NCBI GenBank assembly: GCA_046758745.1
Contig: JBHIAV010000014.1
Span: forward strand, 1 to 61,847
DNA from: Gemmatimonadota bacterium
GTDB taxonomy: Bacteria; Gemmatimonadota; Gemmatimonadetes; Palauibacterales; Palauibacteraceae
Length of the DNA stretch: 61,847 nt
Direction of reading: 5' to 3'
Made by a program: the position numbers and the translations under genes. Position 1 is the stretch's first letter, and every line of letters starts with the position of its first letter. This document shows positions 1 through 9,229 of the stretch, one piece after another. Below the pieces are notes generated by a model. The model was not told the DNA's origin. It did no database searches and worked only from the letters and a program-made list of their open reading frames with translations.

Positions 1-55
1 ACCGGGGACCTCTGCGTCCCGAACGCAGCGCTCTACCGGACTGAGCCACGCCCCG
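1..55 (-). tRNA. tRNA-Pro(CGG), 3' end truncated by window edge
   Basis: Reverse complement CGGGGCGTGGCTCAGTCCGGTAGAGCG; anticodon arm CTGCG-TT CGG GA-CGCAG. Confidence 0.92.
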
Positions 56-176
56 ACGGGAGTACACGGCGAGGGGCTCGCCGCCACGAAACCGCCCTGG
101 CGCTCACGCCCAGGGCATCCGAGGGATCCGCGTCACCGACTCCCCCGCCCGGTCCGCGACACCGTCCCTCGAGCGA

Positions 177-249
177 AGCGGGCGACCGGTCTCGAACCGG
201 CGACCTCAACCTTGGCAAGGTTGCGCTCTACCAACTGAGCTACGCCCGC
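177..249 (-). tRNA. tRNA-Gly(GCC)
   Basis: GCGGGCGTAGCTCAGTTGGTAGAGCG; anticodon loop TT GCC AA; GGTTCGAGACC T-arm. Confidence 0.97.
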
Positions 250-334
250 ATTGTCAGCCGCCCCACCGCCATCCCGAGCGTGGCGGGAGATCCATTCTTC
301 TTCGTTGCCCCCGGCACGCCTGCACCCGATCCGA

Positions 335-406
335 AGCCACCGGTCGGATTTGAACCGACGACCGCTCGATTACGAATCGAGTGCTCTACCCCTGAGCTAC
401 GGTGGC
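335..406 (-). tRNA. tRNA-Thr(CGT)
   Basis: GCCACCGTAGCTCAGGGGTAGAGCA; CTCGA-TT CGT AA-TCGAG; GGTTCAAATCC. Confidence 0.96.
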
Positions 407-461
407 GTCGACCTCCCCGGCGCGGGTCGGTTCCACCCGCCCGGTTCGGCGTCCGCAACAG

Positions 462-534
462 TGGAGCCGGCGGGGCTCGAACCCGCGACCTCATGAGTGC
501 GATTCATGCGCTCTCCCAACTGAGCTACGGCCCC
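462..534 (-). tRNA. tRNA-Ala(CGC)
   Basis: GGGGCCGTAGCTCAGTTGGGAGAGCG; CATGA-AT CGC AC-TCATG; G3:U70 Ala determinant. Confidence 0.96.
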
Positions 535-589
535 AGGTCACATCATCGAGCGGCTCTCCCCGGGCCGCTTCCCGGCTTTGAAAAACCGA

Positions 590-664
590 CGGGGCTGACG
601 GGACTCGAACCCGCGACCTCCGGTGTGACAGACCGGCACTCTAACCAAGCTGAGCTACAGCCCC
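590..664 (-). tRNA. tRNA-Asp(GTC)
   Basis: GGGGCTGTAGCTCAGCTTGGTTAGAGTG; CCGGT-CT GTC AC-ACCGG; GGTTCGAGTCC. Confidence 0.96.
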
Positions 665-743
665 AACGACCCGGTACGGCGTTTCAAACAGCGCGAGGTG
701 CCGGCCACGGGACGTCCATCCCCGGTCTCCGTCGGTGCCCCGA

Positions 744-817
<74 letters not shown>

Positions 818-997
818 CCAGAAACAGGCGAGCGGGACCCGGTGCAGGCGCCCGCTCGCAGGCGAAAAAACGTACTCGCCGCGGCTGCACCGGTCAAGGC
901 GAGGCGTTGCGCGGCTCCCCCGCTTGAGCACCGCGTCGGGCTCTCGTACGTTGCGTGCCCGATCAGCCGGTACGTCCCCGCAACCAGCCCGAGACTC

Positions 998-2629
998 ATG
1001 TCGAAAAGCGTCGCGCGTACGCCACCGTGGGCTTCCGTGTGCGTGCTCCTCCTGGGCGTGCACCCACTCGCCTCGCCGGCCTTCGGCCAGGAGCCGGCGC
1101 GTCGCCCGGAGGGGCGAAACGAGTCGGTAGGGTACCGGGCCTCGGCCTACCTTCCGCTCGGGCACTGGGCCTATCCCGCCATCGAGTACTGGATCTCGGT
1201 CGGTCGCATCGGGTCGCTCTCCCCCTTCGTGAGGCCCTACCGGCGCATCGACGTGGCACGGGCGCTCCGCAAGGTCGAGGAGGAGCGGCTCTATGCTTTC
1301 GAGAAGGACCTGATGCGCAGGCTCCGGGCCGAGTTTGAGCCGGAGCTGTCGGCCCTGCGGGGGACGGCCGAAGGGGCCGGTACGCTCGATATCCGCTTCG
1401 CGGCGGGGGGAACATACCGCTCCCAGCAGCATCGCGACGCGCTGCGGCCGGAGCTGGAGGGACGCTTCTCGGACGACGACGCCTTCGAGCACATGTCGGT
1501 CCGCGCTGTCGGCCAGGCGGGCGTGCTGGCCGGCGGCTTCATAGGGACGCGCGACAAGATCTTCGTCAACGACGCCCAGTTCCCGGACGGCCGCGTGGTC
1601 CCGAGGACGTCGTTCCCCATCTTCGACGAGGGCTCGTTCCGCATCCAGGAGGGATACGCGGAGCTCCAGACGAAGTTCGCCAGACTGTTCTTCGGCCGCA
1701 TGTACCGGAACTGGGGGCCGCCCGGGCTCCTGGGGTTTCTGCGCTCGAATTACGCGTACAGCGAAGAGGAGATCGGGTACCGCTTCGGTGTGGATGAAAT
1801 CTTCCTCATCGGGTTCTTCACCAGCTACGGAGACTTTCGGAGCGACACCACGCATTACCACGCGGTGCACCGCCTGGAGGTCCGGCCGGTCCACAACCTC
1901 ATGCTGGCCGTCTCCGAGGCCACCGTGCATGGAGGACCGTCCCAGAGCGTCAACTTCCGGCTCATCAATCCGGTCTCCATCTGGCAGTTCGCGCGGGCCG
2001 ACGACGATCCCCCGCACAACAAGCTGGGACAGCTGGACCTGTGGTGGCGGCCGGTGCGGGGGCTCGCTCTGTACGGCAGCTTCCTCGCCGACGCGACCAA
2101 CGAAGAGCAGTCGTGCTGCCAGATCGGGGGCTCTTTCGGCTTCGCGCTCCCCACGGTGGCGCCCGGATGGCTGGTGCGGGCCAACGTCACGGCGATCCAG
2201 AGCCTGGCCTATCGCACGTCGCTCCCCTGGGAGGAGTATTCCGTCGAGCGGATCGGGCTCGGATGGGACAAGACCGATCTCTACCTCGCGACGCTGGAGG
2301 CCGAGTGGTTCGCGGGTCCGGGTCTTCTCCTCCGCCCGCGGCTCGACGTGCAGGTGAAGGGCGAGGGGGACTTCCGCGAGCTTCGCCCGCCGGCGGCTGC
2401 GCTCGATACCTTCCCGCGCATTCTGGTCGGGGACGCCGAGACGACCTTCCGTCCGTCGCTCGCCGGACGCTGGCGCTCCGGCACCTCTTTCCCGATCGAT
2501 GTCGAGTGGGATCTCGGCGTCAATATCATCACCGACTACCGCAACGAGACCGGCGACGACCGCACGGAGTTCGTGGGAAGCGTGCGTGCGGTTATCGAAA
2601 CCCCGAGGATCGGCATCGTCCTCCCGTAG
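998..2629 (+). CDS. Outer-membrane beta-barrel protein, capsule assembly Wzi-like
   Basis: Signal peptide ending AFG|Q; 'FFGRMYRNWGPPG..GFLRSN' resembles the Wzi WGPG motif; amphipathic beta-strands; start taken at ATG 998. Confidence 0.65.
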   Translation: MSKSVARTPPWASVCVLLLGVHPLASPAFGQEPARRPEGRNESVGYRASAYLPLGHWAYPAIEYWISVGRIGSLSPFVRPYRRIDVARALRKVEEERLYAFEKDLMRRLRAEFEPELSALRGTAEGAGTLDIRFAAGGTYRSQQHRDALRPELEGRFSDDDAFEHMSVRAVGQAGVLAGGFIGTRDKIFVNDAQFPDGRVVPRTSFPIFDEGSFRIQEGYAELQTKFARLFFGRMYRNWGPPGLLGFLRSNYAYSEEEIGYRFGVDEIFLIGFFTSYGDFRSDTTHYHAVHRLEVRPVHNLMLAVSEATVHGGPSQSVNFRLINPVSIWQFARADDDPPHNKLGQLDLWWRPVRGLALYGSFLADATNEEQSCCQIGGSFGFALPTVAPGWLVRANVTAIQSLAYRTSLPWEEYSVERIGLGWDKTDLYLATLEAEWFAGPGLLLRPRLDVQVKGEGDFRELRPPAAALDTFPRILVGDAETTFRPSLAGRWRSGTSFPIDVEWDLGVNIITDYRNETGDDRTEFVGSVRAVIETPRIGIVLP

Positions 2630-2710
2630 GGCGGCGGCCGGGCTCCCCTCGCGGAGGCGGGCCCGGCCTTCCCGGGTGGAGACGGACCCGGACTCTCGTC
2701 GATCCGAGGT

Positions 2711-2848
2711 TAGAATCGCCTTGGGCCCCGCCGTCGGATTGCCGTGCGCTCCGCCCTCGGATTGCCGTGCGCCCCGCCCTCGGATTGCCGAGCGCTCCGC
2801 CCTCGGATTGCGCTTCGCCCCGCCCTCGGATCGCCTTGCGCCCCGCCC
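2711..2848. repeat. Tandem repeat, 6 x 23 bp (consensus TCGGATTGCCGTGCGCYCCGCCC)
   Basis: Units start at 2711 (degenerate), 2734, 2757, 2780, 2803 and 2826. Confidence 0.92.
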
Positions 2849-2947
2849 CGAGTGTGATAGCTTGCGGCGCTTCCGAGCCATCGGAGAGGCTGCGGCCGCA
2901 GCGGGGTGTGGCCGAGTCCTCGGCCCGTCCGGAACCGAACGATCGAC

Positions 2948-3667
2948 ATGCCAGCACGCGTGCACGTCACAATCGCGGCGACCTTCGTGCTCCTCGCTTC
3001 CGGAGCCATCGCGTGGCTCGTTGACCGTGCGCCGGCGAGCGCCACCGCACAGGAGGCGACGCCGTCCGTTCAGCTCGTCGGGATGACGGCACAGGAAGCC
3101 ATCCTCGCGCACGAGAGCGCGAGCCGGGGGCCCGCGCAGCCGATCCCCTTCAACCATCGCTTCCACGTGCGCGAGCTCCGCATGGACTGCCTGTACTGCC
3201 ACGCGGGGAGTGATCGGTCCCAGGTAGCGATCGTGCCGCCGCTCGACCTGTGCATGGGGTGTCACCGCGTGATCGGGAACGAGCTGGAGCCGATCCAGCA
3301 ACTGCGGGGATACTGGAGCCGGCGCCAGCCCGTGCCGTGGGAGCGCGTGTACAAGCTGCCCGAGTTCGTCCAGTTCTCCCATCAGCCGCATCTTCGGAAC
3401 GGGATCGACTGCCAGCAGTGCCACGGCCCGGTAGACGAGATGGACCGCGTCTACCGCGTCACATCCCTGCGAATGGGCTGGTGCCTGGAATGCCACTTCG
3501 GCGAACCGCGTGAGTCCGACGTCGCGACGGATTACGTGCTGTGGCGCGAGTTCCCGCCCCCCGACATCCCGGCCGGCCGGCAGTCCGCGGGCCTCTACCC
3601 GATACGCATCGACGAGCAGTACGCGTCCAACCGCGCGCCGATCGACTGCTTTGCGTGCCACTACTGA
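2948..3667 (+). CDS. actA: Alternative complex III pentaheme cytochrome c subunit
   Basis: N-terminal TM; five CxxCH (CLYCH, CMGCH, CQQCH, CLECH, CFACH); PQPIPFNH and LPEFVQFSH motifs; first gene of ACIII order. Confidence 0.88.
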   Translation: MPARVHVTIAATFVLLASGAIAWLVDRAPASATAQEATPSVQLVGMTAQEAILAHESASRGPAQPIPFNHRFHVRELRMDCLYCHAGSDRSQVAIVPPLDLCMGCHRVIGNELEPIQQLRGYWSRRQPVPWERVYKLPEFVQFSHQPHLRNGIDCQQCHGPVDEMDRVYRVTSLRMGWCLECHFGEPRESDVATDYVLWREFPPPDIPAGRQSAGLYPIRIDEQYASNRAPIDCFACHY

Positions 3668-3677
3668 CCGGGCGGGC

Positions 3678-6600
3678 ATGAGCCACCACGAGGGCGAAGG
3701 CATCCCTGACGGCCGACCCGCGAGCGGCCTCGAGGCACATCGCAACGGGGCCTCGCGCCGTGATTTCCTGAAGGTGCTGGGGATCGCGGGAGCGGGAACC
3801 GCGGCGACCGCGTGCGGCCCACCCGATGCAGGCGACAAGCTGATCCCGTACCTGATACCGCCGCAGGACATCGTCCCCGGCACGAACACCACCTACGCGA
3901 CGGCCCTCCGCTCGGACGGCCCGGAGCCGCTCGGCCTGCACGCATGGGTGCGGGACGGCCGGGTCATCAAGCTGGAAGGGAACCCGGATTTCCCCACCAA
4001 TCGGGGACGTCTCTCGGCGCTCGCCCAGTCGGCCCTGCAAGACCTCTACGATCCCGACCGACTGCGCGGGCCGAAGAAGCGGGAAGGCGACGCCCTGATC
4101 GACGCGACCTGGGAAGAGGCGATCGCGGCTGCCGGTACGGCGATCTCGCAGGACGGAGTCGTCCTCCTCACGAGCGCCGTGACCGGCACGAGTGACCGCT
4201 TCTTCGACGAGTGGGCCGGCACCGTGGGCTCGGAGCGGGTGCGTTACGAGAGCTTCGGCTATGAGGCTCTCCGGGAGGCGCACCGAATCGCCTTCGGGCG
4301 GCCGGAGATTCCATCCTACGAGCTGGACCGGGCCGACCGGATCGTGTGCTTCGGGGCCGACTTCCTGGAGACGTGGCTCGCTCCGGTGGAGCTGGCGGGT
4401 CGCTTCGCCCGGGCCCGAGATATCGAGGCCGGACGCCACGCCAAGTTCACCTTCGTCGGTCCTCGGCTCTCCACGACCGGGACGAACGCCGACGAATGGC
4501 TCCCGGCGCGCCGCGGAAGCGAGGGGCTCGTCGCCCTTGCGGTAGCCCGTGTCGTGGCCGACCGGCGCGGCGGCCCCCGGGCGGCGAGTGCGGCCTCGGT
4601 GCTGGCGCCCTACGCCCCGGAGTCCGTGGCCGAGGCAACCGGTGTCTCGGCCGAGCGCATCGAGCGGCTCGGAGCCGAGATCGCGGAGGCGCGCTTCCCG
4701 ATCGCTCTCCCGCCCGGTGTGGCGGCGCAGGGGCCGGCCGCCACGGAGGCGCACCTCGCCGCCGCGATCCTGAACTTCGTGTCCGGGGCCATCGGCACTA
4801 CCGTGCGGTTCGGGCGAGGCCCCGTCCGAGGGCGCACGGCCAGCTTCGCGCAGATGCAGGACCTCGTGTCGCGCATGGAGTCCGGGGCGGTGCGGACCCT
4901 CATCGTGGTCGGTCCGAACCCCGCGTTCACCCTCCCGAAGTCGTCCGGCTTCGCGGCCGCGCTCTCCAACGTGCCGAACGTGATCTCGCTGAACCCACAG
5001 CTCGACGAGACGACGGCCGCCGCGGGGTGGGCGCTGCCGTCTCACCACGAGCTCGAGGCGTGGGGAGACGCCGAGGCGGCACCGGGGACCCTCGCCCTCG
5101 CCCAACCGGTGATGCGGCCGCTTTTCGACACCCGCCAGGCGGAGGACATCCTCATGCAGGTGGCGGCGGCCGCGGGGCACGGCGACTTCGGAGCAGAGGA
5201 CTTCCGAGGTTACCTCCAAAATGCGTGGCGGGAGCTGCACACCGCTGCCGGCGCCGGCGGCAGCTTCGAGGCGTGGTGGCGCGAAGCGCTGAAGCGCGGC
5301 GGATGGTTCGCCGGAGATGGGGCGCCGCAGGCGCAGCCGGAGAAGCTCACGGTCGAAGCGGCTTCTTACCGCTTCGGATCCTTCGTGCCTGCGGAAGACT
5401 TCGCGCTCATCGCGTACCCCACCGTCCAGTTCTACGACGGGCGGGGAGCGAACCGGTCGTGGATGCAGGAGCTTCCCGACCCCGTGAGCCGTCTCACGTG
5501 GGGCACATGGGTCGAGATCCACCCGGAAACCGCCGAGCCGCTCGGCATCTCGAACGGGGACGTGATCGAGGTCCGGTCGAGCGAGGGAAGCCTGCAACTT
5601 CCGGCCTACCTATACCGGGGAATCCGGCCCGACGCGGTGGCGATCCCGCTCGGCCAGGGACACACGGCATACGGTCGGACCGCCCGGGGCCGGGGTGCCG
5701 ATCCGCTCGACCTCTTAGGCGCGACGGCGGATCCGGTGAGCGGTGCCTTCGCCTTCGGGGGCGCGAGCGTCCGGATCCGAGCGACGGGCGTTCGGACGAC
5801 CCCCGCGAGCGTGCAGGGGAGCGATGTCGACCGCGACCGCGAGATCGCGGAGGTGATGGGGATCGAGGCGGCAACGCGAGCGATCCGGGAGCACCACGTG
5901 GACATGGCGGCGCTCCTGGAGGCCGCATACGACTCCGACCCGAAGAGCCCGTACCGGTGGGGGATGACGATCGACCTCAACGCGTGCACGGGCTGTGGGG
6001 CCTGCGTGACGGCGTGCTACGCCGAGAACAACATCCCGACGGTGGGCGAGGAGCTGACCGCCCAGGGACGAGAGCTGGCGTGGCTCCAGGTGCACCGGTA
6101 CCACAAGGAGACGGAGGACGGCTTCCACACGGTGCACGAGCCCGTGCTCTGCCAGCAGTGCGGCGACGCGCCCTGCGAGCCGGTATGTCCGGTATTCGCC
6201 GCCTACCACACTCCGGAGGGCCTGAACGCGCAGGTCTACAACCGGTGCGTCGGCACGCGGTACTGCGCGAACAACTGCCCGTACAAGGTGCGCCGGTTCA
6301 ACTGGTACACGTACGAGTTCCCCCACCCCCTCAACATGCAGCTCAACCCCGACGTCACCGTGCGTCAGAAGGGGGTCATGGAGAAGTGCACCTTCTGCGT
6401 GCAGCGCATCAATCGGGCGAAGATCTCCGCCAAGCAGGAGGGGCGGCAGGTACGGGACGGTGAGGTGATGACGGCCTGCATGCAGTCGTGCCCGACGGAG
6501 GCGATCGTGTTCGGCAACCTGAAGGATCCGAAGAGCCGAGTCTCCCGCATCGCGAAGGGGGCGCGCGCGTACCACCTGCTGGGCGAGCTGGGCACCCGTC

Positions 6601-6695
6601 CGGCCGTGACGTACCTGAAGAGCGTGACGCACGCGGCCGTTCCGGACGCGCACGGCACGGAGACCGGGGAGGGGCACGATCCGGACCCTGGCTGA
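3678..6695 (+). CDS. actB: Alternative complex III ActB (molybdopterin-oxidoreductase-like domain fused to Fe-S domain)
   Basis: Tat motif SRRDFLK followed by lipobox-like ATAC; Fe-S motifs CTGCGACVTAC, CQQCGDAPCEPVC, CVGTRYCANNC, EKCTFC. Confidence 0.9.
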   Translation: MSHHEGEGIPDGRPASGLEAHRNGASRRDFLKVLGIAGAGTAATACGPPDAGDKLIPYLIPPQDIVPGTNTTYATALRSDGPEPLGLHAWVRDGRVIKLEGNPDFPTNRGRLSALAQSALQDLYDPDRLRGPKKREGDALIDATWEEAIAAAGTAISQDGVVLLTSAVTGTSDRFFDEWAGTVGSERVRYESFGYEALREAHRIAFGRPEIPSYELDRADRIVCFGADFLETWLAPVELAGRFARARDIEAGRHAKFTFVGPRLSTTGTNADEWLPARRGSEGLVALAVARVVADRRGGPRAASAASVLAPYAPESVAEATGVSAERIERLGAEIAEARFPIALPPGVAAQGPAATEAHLAAAILNFVSGAIGTTVRFGRGPVRGRTASFAQMQDLVSRMESGAVRTLIVVGPNPAFTLPKSSGFAAALSNVPNVISLNPQLDETTAAAGWALPSHHELEAWGDAEAAPGTLALAQPVMRPLFDTRQAEDILMQVAAAAGHGDFGAEDFRGYLQNAWRELHTAAGAGGSFEAWWREALKRGGWFAGDGAPQAQPEKLTVEAASYRFGSFVPAEDFALIAYPTVQFYDGRGANRSWMQELPDPVSRLTWGTWVEIHPETAEPLGISNGDVIEVRSSEGSLQLPAYLYRGIRPDAVAIPLGQGHTAYGRTARGRGADPLDLLGATADPVSGAFAFGGASVRIRATGVRTTPASVQGSDVDRDREIAEVMGIEAATRAIREHHVDMAALLEAAYDSDPKSPYRWGMTIDLNACTGCGACVTACYAENNIPTVGEELTAQGRELAWLQVHRYHKETEDGFHTVHEPVLCQQCGDAPCEPVCPVFAAYHTPEGLNAQVYNRCVGTRYCANNCPYKVRRFNWYTYEFPHPLNMQLNPDVTVRQKGVMEKCTFCVQRINRAKISAKQEGRQVRDGEVMTACMQSCPTEAIVFGNLKDPKSRVSRIAKGARAYHLLGELGTRPAVTYLKSVTHAAVPDAHGTETGEGHDPDPG

Positions 6696-6769
6696 GGCGG
6701 CGACGGACGGGCGGGCCGATTCCCGCAGCGTTCCTCGTCCGATGATGCACGAGAGGCCGTAAGGACTAC

Positions 6770-8122
6770 ATGGCGACGGCGGAGATCGAGGTACCCCAGG
6801 AAGTGCGGCTCACGCTGGCCGATGCCAACGAGGACATCATCCGTCCGATTTCGGCGCCGGCGTGGCGGTACTGGCTGGTCCTCGGGATCACAGGCTCGCT
6901 CATCCTGTGGGCCGGCTACGCCTGGATGGTCCAGATCAGGGACGGCCTCGGCGTCACGGGGATCAACAACCCCGTAGGGTGGGGCGTCTACATCGTCACC
7001 TTCGTGTTCTGGGTCGGGATCGCGCACAGCGGTACGCTCATCTCGGCCATCCTATACCTCGTGCGTTCGGGTTGGCGCACCACCATCAATCGCGCCGCCG
7101 AGGCGATGACGATCTTCGCCGTGATGACGGCGGGCCTCTTCCCCCTCATCCACCTCGGGCGTGTGTGGTACTTCTATTACCTGGTGCCCTACCCCTCGCA
7201 GCGCCTGATCTGGCCGAACTTCCGCTCCCCGCTCGTGTGGGACCTCTTTGCGATCGGGACGTACTTCACGATCAGCCTCATCTTCTGGTACGTGGGGCTG
7301 ATTCCCGATCTGGCGGCCATCCGTGACCGCCTCTCGGGCTGGAAGCGATGGATCTACGGCCTCTTCTCGGTCGGTTGGCAGGGGTCGGTGCGAGACTGGG
7401 CCCACTACCGCCGCTTGTACCTCTACCTGGCGGGAATCGCCACGCCCCTCGTCCTCTCCGTGCACAGCGTGGTCTCCTGGGACTTCGCGATGGGCATCGT
7501 GCCCGGTTGGCACTCGACGATCTTCGCCCCCTACTTCGTCGCCGGGGCGATCTTCTCCGGGATCGCCATGGTGATGACGCTGCTCATCCCGACGCGCTGG
7601 GCCTTCGGGCTCGAGGACTACATCACGGAGTACCACTTCGACAACATGGCGAAGCTGCTCCTGCTGACGTCGCTGATCGTCGGCTACGCGTACTTTGCGG
7701 AGTACTTCCTCGCCTGGTACTCGGCCGATCCGATCGAGCAGGAGAGCTTCCTGTGGCGCGCCGCCGGTGCCTACCAGGGTCCGTTCTGGATCATGGTCTT
7801 CTGCAACGTGGTAGTCCCGATGAGCCTGTGGTTCAGGCGAGTCCGCAGGAGCCTCGCGGCCCTGTTCGTCGTGTCGGTGCTCGTCAACATCGGGATGTGG
7901 TACGAGCGGTTCGTCATCATCGTCACCTCGCTCGCCCACGAGTTCGTCCCGGGCGCGTGGGGGATCTACACGCCGTCGTGGGTCGAGCTGAGCATCCTGG
8001 TCGGGAGCTTCGCGTGGTTCTTCTTCTGGTATCTGCTCTTCGCCAAGACGCTGCCGGTGATCAGCATCGCGGAGGTGAAGGAGCACCTCGCCCATCGGCA
8101 TGAGCATGGGGACGAGCACTGA
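6770..8122 (+). CDS. actC: Alternative complex III ActC (NrfD/PsrC family quinol-binding membrane subunit)
   Basis: About 10 TM; WVGIAHSGTLISAIL, IHLGR, NFRSPLVWD, SVHSVVSWDFA motifs. Confidence 0.92.
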   Translation: MATAEIEVPQEVRLTLADANEDIIRPISAPAWRYWLVLGITGSLILWAGYAWMVQIRDGLGVTGINNPVGWGVYIVTFVFWVGIAHSGTLISAILYLVRSGWRTTINRAAEAMTIFAVMTAGLFPLIHLGRVWYFYYLVPYPSQRLIWPNFRSPLVWDLFAIGTYFTISLIFWYVGLIPDLAAIRDRLSGWKRWIYGLFSVGWQGSVRDWAHYRRLYLYLAGIATPLVLSVHSVVSWDFAMGIVPGWHSTIFAPYFVAGAIFSGIAMVMTLLIPTRWAFGLEDYITEYHFDNMAKLLLLTSLIVGYAYFAEYFLAWYSADPIEQESFLWRAAGAYQGPFWIMVFCNVVVPMSLWFRRVRRSLAALFVVSVLVNIGMWYERFVIIVTSLAHEFVPGAWGIYTPSWVELSILVGSFAWFFFWYLLFAKTLPVISIAEVKEHLAHRHEHGDEH

Positions 8123-8123
8123 G

Positions 8124-8624
8124 ATGAGCGGTCTCCTGGCCGAGTTCGGGACTCTGGGCGAGACGCGGCGGGCGATCGAGAGGCTCCGGGACGGGGGGCA
8201 CGCCGACCTGGAGGTGTTCTCCCCCATCCCCGCCGAGGAGCTCGAGGAGGCGTTGGGCATCTACTCGAGCCCTGTTCGACGTTGGGCGCTCATCGGCGGG
8301 ATCACCGGGTTCAGCACGGCCGTTCTGCTCACGGCGTGGACCTCGCTCGCCTACCCGCTCGTCACGCAGGGGAAGCCGATCGTCTCGATTCCCGCCTACG
8401 TCATCATCATGTTCGAGCTCACCATCCTCTTCAGCGGGATCTTCGGGCTCCTGGGGCTCCTGCATCACGCCCGCAAGCCGACGTTTCGGCTCTCGCCGCG
8501 CTACCGGGAGACCTTCTCGGTGGATCGGTTCGGGGTGTTCGTGGCCGCTCCGGCGGAGCGCCGGGCGGAGGTGGAGGAGATCCTCAAGGGCGCCGGGGCG
8601 GTCCAGGTGGAGGCGGCCGAGTGA
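8124..8624 (+). CDS. actD: Alternative complex III ActD (DUF3341-like)
   Basis: EVFSPIP motif, two TM, GKP...PAYVIIMFELTILF; position after actC. Confidence 0.88.
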   Translation: MSGLLAEFGTLGETRRAIERLRDGGHADLEVFSPIPAEELEEALGIYSSPVRRWALIGGITGFSTAVLLTAWTSLAYPLVTQGKPIVSIPAYVIIMFELTILFSGIFGLLGLLHHARKPTFRLSPRYRETFSVDRFGVFVAAPAERRAEVEEILKGAGAVQVEAAE

Positions 8625-9229
8625 GACGGCGGCTCGGGCCGGGGGCCACGCGCCGGGGGCTCGCCCTCGCGGCGACACTCTTCCTCGCCACCGGTCTGGC
8701 CGGGTGCGACGACCAGATCAAGTACGTCCCCTGGTTCGAGACCATGACCGACCAGCCCTCGATCGAAACCTATCAGGAGGAGCCGATCGCGCCGCCGGAG
8801 GGGACGGTCCCGGTCGATGCGACCCACCGCTACGACCTACTCGAGGCGGACACGGTCCTCCTCAACCCGCTCGAGCCCAGCCCCGAGAACGCCGCGCGCG
8901 GCAAGGTGCAATACGAGCGATTCTGCCTGCCGTGCCACGGCGACACCGGAGAGGGGAACGGACCGGTCATCAGCTCGGAGCAGAACCCGGGCCGGTTGCC
9001 GCCCCTCCCGACCGCCAACCTGCTGTCACAGCGCGCCCGCGGTCTGTCGGACGGCTACATATGGGGAATGATCGAGAACGGCCGTGGTCTCATGCCCGCA
9101 TACAGCCGCGTGCCGCATGAGGAGCGCTGGTACCTGGTGGAGTATGTCCGCGAGCTGCAGCGCTCGTCGCCGGGCGACCTGAACCCGCAAGAGGTACGGC
9201 AGAACGCCTTGAGCCTGAGATCGTGGTAA
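8621..9229 (+). CDS. actE: Alternative complex III ActE monoheme cytochrome c lipoprotein
   Basis: GTG start overlaps actD stop; lipobox LAGC; PPEGTVP; CLPCH; axial Met in GRGLMPAY. Confidence 0.88.
   Translation: MRRRLGPGATRRGLALAATLFLATGLAGCDDQIKYVPWFETMTDQPSIETYQEEPIAPPEGTVPVDATHRYDLLEADTVLLNPLEPSPENAARGKVQYERFCLPCHGDTGEGNGPVISSEQNPGRLPPLPTANLLSQRARGLSDGYIWGMIENGRGLMPAYSRVPHEERWYLVEYVRELQRSSPGDLNPQEVRQNALSLRSW

Noticed and set aside
2711-2848. 23-bp array as a CRISPR
   Set aside because: Units are contiguous with no unique spacers, and no cas genes are in the window
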